A stretch of DNA of 64,000 nucleotides from Nitrosopumilus sp. (GTDB lineage: Archaea; Thermoproteota; Nitrososphaeria; Nitrososphaerales; Nitrosopumilaceae), in the NCBI GenBank assembly GCA_965207445.1, contig CBDBLX010000002.1:2359849-2423848 (forward strand), read 5' to 3'. Every line of letters starts with the position of its first letter. Within the stretch, counting starts at the first letter, position 1. The notes under the pieces were generated by a model. The model had not been told where the DNA came from and did not search any database. It saw only the letters and a list, made by a program, of their open reading frames with translations. The position numbers and the translations under genes were made by a program. Shown piece after piece: positions 31,142 to 42,458 of the stretch.

Positions 31142-34100
31142 TTGATTTCAAAAAATCGAATAAGTGACTTGTATGCCGCAATTGGCCTTGACTATGAACT
31201 GGGCTATGAAGTGTCACCCACATTTTCCACAAAACCGCCACGAACCGGTTGGCAGGCGCTGTTTTTTGAAGTCGATTCGAGACTAGGAATATACCACCTG
31301 AACACACATGAGAAGAGCATATCAGCGCTCCGAACATTCGTGGGAGGAATAAAAGCAGATCATTTTGTCATTACTGCATCACTCAAAGATCATGACTGTC
31401 TATTCATCAAAAATTTTCGTAGGGGCAACAAAACAAAATACCACACGTTTTCTTTGCGCAAGGACTCTGAATACAAAAAGGCAATAGCCGTATTTCGAAA
31501 GTACACTTTGACCACAGATATACTCACTGCACATGCAGGACTTGCAGATATCTTGAAGGATATGGCCACCTCCAGCGAGTCATTTACTAACAGGGGGTTA
31601 TTCTCCACATATTATCTTGAGAATCGTATGTTCAAAGATCTTGTTCACACGAAAAAAAGGAAGATAATAAAAGAGGTTATACCCGTACTAGAAGCACTTA
31701 GAACACCTGAACAGAAAATTATATCTTTGCTCAAAGCGCTTGGATATGAGTTACGAGAAAAAAAGAATGGATATACTCTGTTGGTAAATGAAATTCCGGC
31801 ATCAAGTATAGTGGTATCTGACCGCCACAATCTAGATGTAAGGTATGACGAGGGAGTGCCTAGCATGCAGGCCGTGGCGGCGCTCTCAGACCATGAGTGG
31901 GTGATGCTTACCAATGGACGCATATGGAGGATGTATTCATCAAAGGTGTCTTCTGCAAGCACGAATTACTTTGAGGTGGATCTTGAACAGGTAGATGATG
32001 AAAAAGATATACGGTTGCAGTATTTTGTTGCAATCTTTGGTGCACTCTCTCTTCAGGTTGTAAATGGCACGTCCCAACTCGATTCTATCCACGAAGGAAG
32101 TACGATGCATGCCTCTGAATTGGAAGATGACATGCGTAGTAAGATATTCGATGGCAACATGTTTGTCATGCTGATTCGAGGGGTGCTGGATCACAACCCC
32201 AAGAAGAGATACAAGCGCATAGAGTTAGAAGATGCAAAAGAAAAGGCAATACGGATCCTATACAGACTGCTCTTTATTCTGTATGCAGAGTCACGGTTCC
32301 TTCTACCAGTGGATCATACCAAATACAGAAATGTCTCAATGCTTTCCATGCGTGACGGTCTTGATTCATACGAAAAGAAGGGCGAATCATGTTCGTGCTG
32401 GGACAACCTGGGAATTTTGTTCTCCGGCATAAGCAAAGGCAATACGGAATTGAATCTTCCGGCGTACAATGGCAGGCTGTTTGAAAAAGGCGGTATTGAC
32501 AAATTGCGTATACGAAACAAGTTCTTGATTCCTGTAATACGGGACATGACCGAAAAGAAAGGAGAAAGTGTAGACTATCAGAGCCTAGGAGTCAGGCATC
32601 TTGGTTCCATATACGAAAGTCTGCTAGAGTATGATATAGTGCAAGCAAAGCAGGATATGATAGTTGTAGGCGATCGAATACTTGATGCGGATTTTGCAGT
32701 TGATATTTCAGAAAAACCTGATTCATACGTACAAAAAAATGATATTTATCTATCTACAGGAGGCCTGGCGCGCAAGGGAACAGGAAGCTATTTCACGCCA
32801 GAGCCCATAGTCAAAAACCTTGTCAGATCGGGGCTGCAACCCATATTTGATGAACGTACTAAAAAATTTGAGAAGTCCATGAAACAGTACAGAGATGGAG
32901 ATTCCAATGCTACAAAACAGTGCAACAATCTGATGCTTGACCTTCAGGTACTGGATCCCGCCATGGGGAGCGGACACTTTCTCGTGACCGTGACAGACGA
33001 GATAACACGGTGGATAATGGAATTAATCAGTATGTATCCGGATGCTCCAATAGTCAACATGGTTGATGCTCAGAGAAAAAAAGTAATCAAAACTCAGAAA
33101 GAAAAAGGCATAGAACTAAACTCTGATCTGCTCACGCCCAACGCGATTCTCAAACGCATGGTGATGAAGAGCTGTGTGTATGGGACGGACATAAACGAGC
33201 TGGCAGTAGAACTTGCCAAGCTTTCGTTGTGGCTCGACTCTTTTACCATCGGAATGCCATTGACCGTTTTGGGGCATCACATACGACATGGTAACTCGTT
33301 GATCGGTGTATATACAAATATGCAAAATAATGGCACGCTTGATGACTATATGGAACAGACCATGAAATCAGGTGGCCATATATTGCGTGAGATCAGCCAG
33401 TCACCTGATATCATACCAGAGGATGTGCAACAGGCAGAAGTACATATTATACAACTTTACAAACAAAACACAAAATTAAGGAGACAGTTTGATGCAAGAT
33501 GTGCCCACATTTTACGACAGACCGAAGGCACACCATCAGAACCAGAGGTAGTTACAACTGTGAACAAACATGATATTTTTCATTGGCAGCTAGAGTTCTC
33601 AGATGCGTTTACCGATGCCCGGCCGGGCTTTGACCTCATAGTTGGAAACCCACCATGGGAGTCAGTGGAACCTCACGATGACGAGTTCTTTTCCAAATAT
33701 GATGTTAATTTTCGAGCATACAGTAATAATCAAGACAAGCAAAAAATCAAATCAAAGTTACTAGGACAGCAAGATATCAGAACTGCTTTTGAAGATTATA
33801 AACAGTACATAAAAGAACAGTCATGGTTTTTCAAGGATTCAGAACAATACAACATGCGCGAGGGAAAATCAGACATGTGGAAATTGTTTCTTGAGAGAAT
33901 GATTGGATTACTAGCCAAAGAAGGACGTTTGTCAATAGTCATACCTTCAGGGATCCTGACCAATGATGGAGCAACAAAGCTGAGAAAAGCCTTGTTAGGC
34001 ATGCAGATCACATCCATATACGAGTTTGAAAACAGGCGAAAAATATTCCCCGAGGTTGATTCCAGATACAAATTTGTACTGTTGACTATTGCAAGCGCAA

Positions 34101-35176
34101 AACCAGAGTCAAAATTTGATGCTGCATTCTACCTATATGACATTGCTGCACTCGATCACAAAACAGAGCAAGAAAAATTTGTAAAAATGCCAATAGAAAT
34201 GATGCGTTTAACATCACCGGATATCTTCTCCATACCCGAGGTACGGACATCAAGAGACATAGATATCCTCAACAAAATATACCACCAACACAAATGCATA
34301 AGGGACGGACTAGATAATGGAAAATACACGATTAACTTTCTTACAGAATTTAATAGAACCACAACCAGTAAATTGTTTAAACGTGACGGCAAAGGCTGGC
34401 CTCTGATTGAAGGCAAAAATTTTCACCAATTTATTCCAGATTTCTTAAAATCTGAATTTACAATAGAACCAAAAAAAGGACTGGCCAAAACTGAGAAAAC
34501 CAAAGTGTATGGAGAAAAAAACAGGCAAATCCATGATGAGTGTAGGTTGTCATTTAGAAAGGTGGCAAGCGTGACAAATATACGGACAATGATATCTTGT
34601 ATAATCCCTCCTCATAGATTTTTTGCAGACAGTTCGCCAACGCTTGTCATATACCACAACAAAGCGCCACTTTTAAACAGCACATATAACAAAATTATAC
34701 TTTATCTTACGGCAATATTTAATTCAATGACATTTGATTATATAACTCGATTAAGCGCAAACATGAACTTGAATTTTTTCATACTAAACAACATTGCCAT
34801 CCCAGATGACACACAATCCAAACTCGCACAGCAGATAATCAAACTTTCAGGCGTTCTAACTATACAGCACGAGGATTTTTCTAAAATGGCAAATGACCTG
34901 CGGACAAAGGTCAACAAACTGAACATACAACAAAAAATTGAGACTGTTGCCCATTTAGACGCATTAGTGGCGCACCACTACGGCCTAGATAGGAAACAGT
35001 ACGAATACGTCGTAAATACATTTGATGATCATAGAGTTATGACCAATCGTCTTGTTGTAGACGAAAACAATGAAGATGATGAAGAGTTTGAATGGAACGA
35101 CACCACCATACGTGCCTTTAACCATGAGGTACGCGAACGTGTCCTGACATTCTACGACAAGCACATATCGAGATGA
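31142..35176 (+). CDS. Type IIG (Eco57I-like) restriction-modification enzyme / N6-adenine methyltransferase
   Basis: LTNGRIWRMY, LGSIYESLL, GSYFTP, DPAMGSGHF (motif I), GNPPW (motif IV) and a C-terminal TRD. Confidence 0.88.
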   Translation: MISKNRISDLYAAIGLDYELGYEVSPTFSTKPPRTGWQALFFEVDSRLGIYHLNTHEKSISALRTFVGGIKADHFVITASLKDHDCLFIKNFRRGNKTKYHTFSLRKDSEYKKAIAVFRKYTLTTDILTAHAGLADILKDMATSSESFTNRGLFSTYYLENRMFKDLVHTKKRKIIKEVIPVLEALRTPEQKIISLLKALGYELREKKNGYTLLVNEIPASSIVVSDRHNLDVRYDEGVPSMQAVAALSDHEWVMLTNGRIWRMYSSKVSSASTNYFEVDLEQVDDEKDIRLQYFVAIFGALSLQVVNGTSQLDSIHEGSTMHASELEDDMRSKIFDGNMFVMLIRGVLDHNPKKRYKRIELEDAKEKAIRILYRLLFILYAESRFLLPVDHTKYRNVSMLSMRDGLDSYEKKGESCSCWDNLGILFSGISKGNTELNLPAYNGRLFEKGGIDKLRIRNKFLIPVIRDMTEKKGESVDYQSLGVRHLGSIYESLLEYDIVQAKQDMIVVGDRILDADFAVDISEKPDSYVQKNDIYLSTGGLARKGTGSYFTPEPIVKNLVRSGLQPIFDERTKKFEKSMKQYRDGDSNATKQCNNLMLDLQVLDPAMGSGHFLVTVTDEITRWIMELISMYPDAPIVNMVDAQRKKVIKTQKEKGIELNSDLLTPNAILKRMVMKSCVYGTDINELAVELAKLSLWLDSFTIGMPLTVLGHHIRHGNSLIGVYTNMQNNGTLDDYMEQTMKSGGHILREISQSPDIIPEDVQQAEVHIIQLYKQNTKLRRQFDARCAHILRQTEGTPSEPEVVTTVNKHDIFHWQLEFSDAFTDARPGFDLIVGNPPWESVEPHDDEFFSKYDVNFRAYSNNQDKQKIKSKLLGQQDIRTAFEDYKQYIKEQSWFFKDSEQYNMREGKSDMWKLFLERMIGLLAKEGRLSIVIPSGILTNDGATKLRKALLGMQITSIYEFENRRKIFPEVDSRYKFVLLTIASAKPESKFDAAFYLYDIAALDHKTEQEKFVKMPIEMMRLTSPDIFSIPEVRTSRDIDILNKIYHQHKCIRDGLDNGKYTINFLTEFNRTTTSKLFKRDGKGWPLIEGKNFHQFIPDFLKSEFTIEPKKGLAKTEKTKVYGEKNRQIHDECRLSFRKVASVTNIRTMISCIIPPHRFFADSSPTLVIYHNKAPLLNSTYNKIILYLTAIFNSMTFDYITRLSANMNLNFFILNNIAIPDDTQSKLAQQIIKLSGVLTIQHEDFSKMANDLRTKVNKLNIQQKIETVAHLDALVAHHYGLDRKQYEYVVNTFDDHRVMTNRLVVDENNEDDEEFEWNDTTIRAFNHEVRERVLTFYDKHISR

Positions 35177-38100
35177 TAAACAGTATGAGTATGGAACCGA
35201 AAAGAGAGATCATAGACAACGAGGCAGGGAATATTTTAGCTACATTTCTCAACGAACATCTTGCCAAACATACCAGAGTGGATGTTGCCACAGGCTTTTT
35301 CAATGTAGGGGGTTATACACAAGTGGCAGATACACTCCAGAACATGGTCAGTAAACCAAACAGTACGTTCCGCCTCTTGTTTGGAAAGGAAAGTTTGTCA
35401 GATATAGAGCCTAGCGACATTGATTATCACGATACAATTCTAGGCGATATTGACACTCTTGACATGAATGGTGGTGAAAAACAGTCAGTAGATGACCTGA
35501 TTGAATTTCTAAAAAGGGACAACGTAATGATCAAAAAAAGTCATGGACGGTTCTCCCACGCCAAGTGCTATGTATTTGGACAAGATAACGCTGTGGTTGG
35601 ATCCAGCAACTTTACGCGCGCCGGATTGCGCGACAACATAGAACTGAATGCCGTACTGTACCAGCCATCTGCATTAAAGTTGGTAGCAGAGTGGTTCGAG
35701 AGGCGCTGGCAGGAAGCAGATGACACAAAGGCCGATCTAATAAGTCTGATAGAGGAATCAAAGTTTGGGCTACCCCTTGAGCCACATGTGATGTACATGA
35801 AGATGCTGTATGAATATTACAAACAGAGAATTGATGATATGGAAAACGCTCAAGGCAAGGGAGTTGAACTTACAGAATTTCAGCAAGATGCCGTAACAGA
35901 AGCAAAAAGGATACTACGTAGATACGGCGGCGTGATAATATCAGATTCCACCGGACTGGGAAAGACCCACATAGGTGTGGAACTGCTCCGATACCTCTTG
36001 CTTGAAAAAAAACAAAAGGTACTGTTAGTGGCGCCTGCGCAAGTAAAGGATACTGTATGGGAACCACGATTACTCGAGGACAGCATAAAGACCAAGAACG
36101 TATCCCTCGAATCCATGGGACAGCCCACATTTGACCCAGGCGAATATTTGGACTTTGATATCGTACTGATAGACGAGAGCCATAACTTTCGCTCTCCTGG
36201 TGCAAAGCGTCGCATGAATATGATGAAGATACTGGCAGGTGGCCGGCGAAAAAAAGTGATATTGCTATCTGCCACTCCTGTCAACAACAGCATAATGGAC
36301 CTGTACTATCAGGTATCGCTCCTCACCACTGGCAACGACGCGTACTTTGCAAACTTGGACATTCCGGATCTGAGATCCCATTTTGTACAAGCGGCAAACA
36401 AAAAAGAGGTGAGAGAGAGCATAGATTCCATAGTAAGACTCCTAGACGAGATAATGATAAAGCGGACCCGCGGATTCATCAAATCAAACTATCCAGAGGC
36501 AACCCTCAACGGAAAACATCTCAACTTTCCAAAGAGAAATCTTCACAAGATAGAATACTCTCTTACCAAGTTGTATGGCGCCAACGTATATCATGATGTC
36601 ATAGACGCCATATCAAATATGCATCTGACACCCTACAAACTGGTGGTCTATGACAAGAAGGCAGACGAAGACGAAAAGAAGAGTGCAGAACACATATCCG
36701 TACTTCAAAAGATAATTCTGGCCAAGCGGTTCGAGTCCAGTATAGATGCCATACGTTCCAGCATAGGAAGGCTACAACAATTTTACGCCTATTTTGAAAA
36801 GGCCATGCAACAAAACAAGATAATAAACCGCAGACAGCTGGACGACCTACTAGAGAACATACGCAGTGATTATGCAGAAAATGATGAGAATGCACTCAAA
36901 AAAGCTCTAAATGATGATGTGTTGGATTTAGAGTCGCTAGGCTCACACTATGACAAAAAGCAAATGGCAAGAGACCTACGTGAAGATATGAGTATGATCT
37001 CAAATCTTGTCAAGAAACTTGACCTGATACAACCTGAGGGAGACAGCAAACTTCAAAAACTGCAAGATGATCTAGAAGAATACGATGTGTTTGAGAAAGG
37101 TGGCAAAAAGGTAGTCATCTTTACGGCATATGTGGATACGGCCACATACATACACAAGTATCTAAAGGAGCGTCTAAAATCCAGACAAATCCTGCTGCTT
37201 ACAGGTCAAAAATCAACCAAGCAGAGGAGTGAGTCTCTGAAGAGATTTTCCCCGCGATCCAATTATTTAGACGAAGATGAGATCCCTGCAGACTTGGAAG
37301 AGGCAGATATTTTGGTCACTACTGAGATACTCAGTGAGGGTCAGAACCTGCAGGACTGTAACTATATCATAAATTATGATTTACCATGGAATCCTATGAG
37401 GATAGTGCAGCGGGTAGGTAGAGTAGACAGGCTGACCAGTCGCTTTGACGAGATCACATCGGCCGTATTTATCCCCGAAAAAGAACTAAACGAATTGCTT
37501 GGCATAATGGAAAAACTGGAGCGAAAGATTCAGAACATTGGAGATGTAGTGGGCGCAGAGGGCAGCATACTGGGTGAAAAAGAAAATCCAAAGACATTCA
37601 ATGCGGTTGAACGAATTCGAAAAAACGACCAAGGACTCATCGATGACATTGAAGCAGGCTCAGACTTGTTTGGAATGATGACCCCATACCAAGAGATTTT
37701 ATCATATGTAAAGAATTTGGGTTCTGATACATTGCAAACTATCAAATATGGAAGGAGGAGTGGACTGGATTCAAGCCATTCTGGCGTCATCTTGATGTAC
37801 AGAGAGAAAAACACGCAGGACGTTCACATGGCCATGTACAACCACAAAGAATCCAAGGTAGATTTTATGAACGACATAACAAAACTGTTCTCATACATAA
37901 AATGCGACAACGATGAAAAACTCTCCATGCCATTCAAAGGTAGTGATTCCTTTAATTACATTAAAATGGCAAATGATAAAGCATGTGCTGAGATCCTAAA
38001 AATAATCAACAAGGGAATGGTAAATCAGAGTGCGCACGACGTGGGAGAAAAATTCCAAGGAGCAATTAGAGATCTAATACAGAGGGGTTATCAAGACGAA

Positions 38101-38379
38101 AAGTCATTGGTATATGATGATATTGGTGACGCATATAATATTTTAAACACAAGAAGTCTAGCAGCTTGGGAGTTTGAACTACGCGAGATAGTAGAACAGT
38201 ACAATGTGGAACACGATATTATGATGCTGCTCAAACGGACCCAATCACTCTTGGCAAAGTACAAGATAGAATTAGAGCCACTCAAAGAAATGCAAAAGGT
38301 CAGTAAAGATGACTTACAGATCATAGGCTGTATGTTTCTTGACGGGCCATCTATGAAAGACACAAAACTTCACATCTAA
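35173..38379 (+). CDS. PLD-nuclease domain fused to SNF2-family helicase
   Basis: HAKCY...GSSNFT...NIELN; DSTGLGKT, DESH, SATP and QRVGRVDR motifs. Confidence 0.88.
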   Translation: MINSMSMEPKREIIDNEAGNILATFLNEHLAKHTRVDVATGFFNVGGYTQVADTLQNMVSKPNSTFRLLFGKESLSDIEPSDIDYHDTILGDIDTLDMNGGEKQSVDDLIEFLKRDNVMIKKSHGRFSHAKCYVFGQDNAVVGSSNFTRAGLRDNIELNAVLYQPSALKLVAEWFERRWQEADDTKADLISLIEESKFGLPLEPHVMYMKMLYEYYKQRIDDMENAQGKGVELTEFQQDAVTEAKRILRRYGGVIISDSTGLGKTHIGVELLRYLLLEKKQKVLLVAPAQVKDTVWEPRLLEDSIKTKNVSLESMGQPTFDPGEYLDFDIVLIDESHNFRSPGAKRRMNMMKILAGGRRKKVILLSATPVNNSIMDLYYQVSLLTTGNDAYFANLDIPDLRSHFVQAANKKEVRESIDSIVRLLDEIMIKRTRGFIKSNYPEATLNGKHLNFPKRNLHKIEYSLTKLYGANVYHDVIDAISNMHLTPYKLVVYDKKADEDEKKSAEHISVLQKIILAKRFESSIDAIRSSIGRLQQFYAYFEKAMQQNKIINRRQLDDLLENIRSDYAENDENALKKALNDDVLDLESLGSHYDKKQMARDLREDMSMISNLVKKLDLIQPEGDSKLQKLQDDLEEYDVFEKGGKKVVIFTAYVDTATYIHKYLKERLKSRQILLLTGQKSTKQRSESLKRFSPRSNYLDEDEIPADLEEADILVTTEILSEGQNLQDCNYIINYDLPWNPMRIVQRVGRVDRLTSRFDEITSAVFIPEKELNELLGIMEKLERKIQNIGDVVGAEGSILGEKENPKTFNAVERIRKNDQGLIDDIEAGSDLFGMMTPYQEILSYVKNLGSDTLQTIKYGRRSGLDSSHSGVILMYREKNTQDVHMAMYNHKESKVDFMNDITKLFSYIKCDNDEKLSMPFKGSDSFNYIKMANDKACAEILKIINKGMVNQSAHDVGEKFQGAIRDLIQRGYQDEKSLVYDDIGDAYNILNTRSLAAWEFELREIVEQYNVEHDIMMLLKRTQSLLAKYKIELEPLKEMQKVSKDDLQIIGCMFLDGPSMKDTKLHI

Positions 38380-38451
38380 TGCAACGGTATCGGGTATTAG
38401 TAATGTATAGCAGTACGTTGTTGTAATTTAAGTCAACAACAAAAATCAATC

Positions 38452-38532
38452 GTAACCGTTCAGCCTCTTCCCAAATTTAAGCACAAATTCACCGCCTAAC
38501 GTCTGGCTCAGATACAGGGGTTGAACAGTTAC
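38452..38532 (+). mobile_element. MITE-B copy, no TSD
   Basis: Same internal sequence and TIRs as the other MITE-B copies. Confidence 0.8.
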
Positions 38533-38574
38533 GTGTTAAGGTGCGCAAACTTGCTTACTTTGCGCGTGATAAAC

Positions 38575-39123
38575 TCAGATGACCACCTCGAACTCTCGCC
38601 GTCGATCACCTGATTGTCCTCTATTACTATAATTTCGCTTGTCCATGCCCAATTGACACCACCATCCCCGTACTTTGCCCGCATCAACCAACGTCCCAAC
38701 TGCATGGGCTACCACATCACAACGCTCTGTATCGGGAACGCACTTGCGCACAAGCTTGGATACAGAATCGCGGCAGTCAGCGGCCTCGTATGGCAGTCCC
38801 ACTGCCATCCTGATTTTTTTATTTGTACTGTCAACATCAGCTCTATGTCCTGCGGCCACATGCACCATGGATACTGCTTCTCGTATAAGCATCCCGACCT
38901 GCCTGTGATACCTTGGATCTGGCATTCTCCTCGCTATGAGGCGCACAGTGGCGGCCCCTGCAGTATGCAGCATCATGGCAGCCCTTTCACCCACAGCTTC
39001 AGAGTTATTTGTAACCCAGTCCCTGTGTGTCCTTTTCACATACAGGGACGGAAACTTGACTAACCCGTGCTCTGAGACGCACTTTACAAAACCCGTCCCG
39101 ATGTCAAGTCCGATTTTTAGCAT
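38575..39123 (-). pseudogene. ParM/StbA-like actin-fold ATPase, frameshifted and truncated
   Basis: IGLDIGTGFVK phosphate-1 motif, FPS, VGLP; reading frame lost near the phosphate-2 region. Confidence 0.7.
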
Positions 39124-39360
39124 GCCAGCAGATACTTCATTTGTATATAATGCCCCCTGCTTTCATGCACTTCTTAAAACCACACCCGTCATGGAACTAG
39201 AGTATGATGCGGAGACTTGTTGATACATAGTGTAAACACCATAGTCGTTCCCGCGTTGTTACTGTTTTTGTCAAAACCCGTGCCATTGTATGACATGATG
39301 ACGTACATGCAGGTTATTGGTGCAACTTTGTTCGTATACAAGATAGTCTTGTGGTGTGCG

Positions 39361-40131
39361 TCACCACAGGGAACTAGGATCCCTTCTGTCCGATGACCTT
39401 TTGCGCGACTGCTTTGAGTCACCCCACAGGGCGCGGCTTATCGATGCGTCCTTGTCACCTTTGCTACTCGATGACCTTTTGCGCGACTGCTTTGAGTCAC
39501 CCCACAGGGCGCGGCTTATCGATGCGTCCTTGTCACCTTTGCTACTCGATGACCTTTTGCGCGATTCTCCTGAATTGCTTGAAAATAGTGTGTTTGTAAT
39601 ACTTTTACGAATTCTATTGCCAAGTGTTTTCTTGGTTGTGTGTGTTTTACGTGACTTTGCACTATGTGATGGTGGTGATCTATTTACGGACATGCCAAAA
39701 AAACCACCCTCGTTTGAAGAATGTGGATTCGCATCAAAGACGCTGTCGCCGTTTTCCACCACATACCTGCCACCGAACTGGCGCCGTTTCTTCTTTTGCA
39801 ATGGAGATAGTTTTGCACCGCCTGTCTTGGTCTCCACGTATACGGTCTCTTTTTTTCCTGTAAGTGGGTTTGTCTTTGTGGCCTTAAAGTCGTGCCCCTT
39901 TCCTGTTCGCGTTACGTTGTACCCCATAAGCTCGTACCTGGATCGCGTGCGTTCTTCCCCCTCCCTGCCCTGTTCCTGGTTTTCTCGGTTGACCTGCCTG
40001 CGGCTTTTTCTGTGATGCGTGTTGCTTGTTCTTGTATTGCGGCGTCTTTGTGGACGCGCTCCACTGGGAGATCCCCCCTTGCTCCTTTTAGCGTTGCCTC
40101 TTGGTTGCCTCCCACGACCCTTGCACATCAA
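39361..40131 (-). CDS. PD-(D/E)xK nuclease-like protein with basic low-complexity tails
   Basis: GREGEE...GYNV...GHDF...YVETKTG...LSPLQ; 78-bp tandem repeat (about 2.2 copies) at 39391-39564. Confidence 0.6.
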   Translation of the reverse strand: MMCKGRGRQPRGNAKRSKGGSPSGARPQRRRNTRTSNTHHRKSRRQVNRENQEQGREGEERTRSRYELMGYNVTRTGKGHDFKATKTNPLTGKKETVYVETKTGGAKLSPLQKKKRRQFGGRYVVENGDSVFDANPHSSNEGGFFGMSVNRSPPSHSAKSRKTHTTKKTLGNRIRKSITNTLFSSNSGESRKRSSSSKGDKDASISRALWGDSKQSRKRSSSSKGDKDASISRALWGDSKQSRKRSSDRRDPSSLW

Positions 40132-40239
40132 TGCTTATGCTGTCATACATTTGCATATAATATTAGCTCCTAGTCACGGGAGATGTCCAGATCATGAATA
40201 CATGCCACGCCGTCAAAGGCCTCAAACACGCGTAAGTTG

Positions 40240-40646
40240 GTAACTATTTTACTTTTTGAAGTGCACATATAAGATAAAAGATCATGCGCATTTTTCCGAT
40301 CATAATGATCTCGGCATCGTATATTCACATATAAACAATTGACAATAATAACGCGCAGTTGATTATTTTTGTCACGAGTTTTTGAGCAGCACAACTATAC
40401 ACCTTCCTGCAAATAATTGGCATTTGCAACGCCAGTCACACTGATCACTTAAATCACGTTTGTGCGATGATCTAATATCATTCCTGGCCATCATTTTATT
40501 CACACTTAATGATAAATGAAAGCGTTTTGATTTAACACCTCTAACATTAAATTATTAGAGTTTTTAATCAAATTTTTTAAACCAAAATTATCATAGTATG
40601 TAATTATAAGAATTTAAGTATCCACTTCAAAAAGCAAAATAGTTAC
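40240..40646. mobile_element. MITE-E (~407 bp, TIR GTAACTATTTTRCTTTTTGAAGTG)
   Basis: 24-bp near-perfect IR; no substantial ORF; the left end is also present at 18045. Confidence 0.75.
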
Positions 40647-40794
40647 ATACATGCAGTCTAACGTGACGGGAATGGACGACTTTCTACATGCACATTTAAA
40701 ATCCTCCTTCCCGCGCCTTCGGCGCCTGCTACAAAAAAAGAAGAAAGGGAGAACGCGCGAGTGTTTGGCGCTCAGTTATACGTCGCCGACGCGT

Positions 40795-42458
40795 AGTGAT
40801 TTCATTAAAGTTCCGATAGTTTTTAGACATTCTTATAATCATATATTGGGAAATCAGGCAGGCCCCATGTTGTAATCCATACATGCTCCATGATTTTCCC
40901 ATGGGCATGGGCATGCCAGCCGTGTATTTAGGCGTGGCAAAAGGTATGTGCGCAGCCGTCCTGATCATAGTGCGATCTGTGCGTCGCACAGCCTCGCCCG
41001 GACCTCCTAGTTCGCGTAATATGCAGTTCATGCAGCCCGGAGTGCTGGTATTAGCGCGTTATTCTTTGCGTCTTGTATGGCATTGCGCATGTACTCTAGC
41101 AGCCTGACTGTACCAACCTCGCCGTTTTCCATCATGTGTAGTATGGACTTTTGAATCTCTGGAAAACCGCCCTTGTAGTATCTGCCTGCCAGTGCGCGCT
41201 TTATCTCGCGCCATTGGATCTCTATGGGATTGTGTTGAGGAGTGTATGGCGGCAAGTACCATAGTGCGACTTGTCCTCTTGTCTGTTCCAGATACTGCTT
41301 GATGTCTTTGGACTTGTGCGCAGATGCATTGTCACATATGACAAATACCTTGCCGTACTTTTCTCGGAGCATCTCCAACAACTTTATGACGTTTACAGTA
41401 TTCGCACTGTCGCAAAAGTGCAGGTGGCATGTACCGGCCCCGAGTGCACCCAGCATTTTCATGCTCGTTTTTGAAAAGTTGACATTTACAGTCTCAGAGC
41501 CTCCTCGGAGATGTAGTCCGCGCGCGACATACGGCGAGTTTGTGATTGCAGCGGCATCCATGCAGAACACCTCATAGCCGGCGCGGGCGTGTGCCATGAT
41601 GGCGCGTATTGTGTTGTGTACATAATGTAGTTCTTCTAATGGACTGGCAGACTTGTGGTGAATTGGCCTGGGCATTCTTATTGAAAAGCCCATCCTGTGA
41701 GCTAGCGCCAGGGCCCCGGTCCACGTGTACTGGACGTCAAAAATGTTTGCCAGATGCAATGCAAACAAGGCGGCAGTCCATGTCCCACGCTCAAAGCCGC
41801 ACTGCATCGGCTCTCTACTCAGATCGGCCTTTGCCTGTTCTTGTTGTTCTTTTGTGAGTCTGCACGGCCTGCCAGGGCTCTTGCGGTCATATCTGCCCTT
41901 CAAGCCCTCTGATTGTAGCCTGTTGAGCCACTCGGATATGACGCTCTGGCTGCGTCCGAGCTGGGTGGCTATTGCAGACTCACTCTTGCCCTTTTTTCGC
42001 CCAACTGCTGCCTGCAGTCTGTCCCGGGACTTGCCCGGAGGCTCTTTGCGGTAGGCGGCTTTTAGATCTTCCAGGGACACGTCGGGCATGAACCCATCCC
42101 CTCTTTCTACATAGGCTGTCTTCAAAAAATACGCACCTCGTCGATGCCGCAAGACGATCTGCCTGCAGAGTCGTTAAATATGGCATCGGCGAATACTAGT
42201 CGATGTACCATTTTGTGGGTATTCATTAAACACTAATGGCCACATCGCCTTTTGACACTCGAGGTCAAATTAATTCAACCAAATAATCAAAAATTACCAA
42301 TACCTGCCACTGACATACACACCCAATTCCTCGTCTCTCTTCTGCTACCACACGGTATCTGCTACACATAGTGCCAATTACGTCTATTTTTCCACTCCGT
42401 ACCCTCCTGCCTAGCCGAAATCGCCTGTAAAAACTATCGGATCTTTAATGAAATTACT
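40795..42458 (-). mobile_element. IS630-type element, copy 2; TSD ACGCGT
   Basis: TIRs as in copy 1; acgcgt at 40789-40794 and 42459-42464. Confidence 0.92.
41028..42089 (-). CDS. IS630-family transposase, intact
   Basis: HTH...GRP...W; CMDAA, CDNASAH and LPPYTPQHNPIE motifs. Confidence 0.9.
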   Translation of the reverse strand: MPDVSLEDLKAAYRKEPPGKSRDRLQAAVGRKKGKSESAIATQLGRSQSVISEWLNRLQSEGLKGRYDRKSPGRPCRLTKEQQEQAKADLSREPMQCGFERGTWTAALFALHLANIFDVQYTWTGALALAHRMGFSIRMPRPIHHKSASPLEELHYVHNTIRAIMAHARAGYEVFCMDAAAITNSPYVARGLHLRGGSETVNVNFSKTSMKMLGALGAGTCHLHFCDSANTVNVIKLLEMLREKYGKVFVICDNASAHKSKDIKQYLEQTRGQVALWYLPPYTPQHNPIEIQWREIKRALAGRYYKGGFPEIQKSILHMMENGEVGTVRLLEYMRNAIQDAKNNALIPALRAA

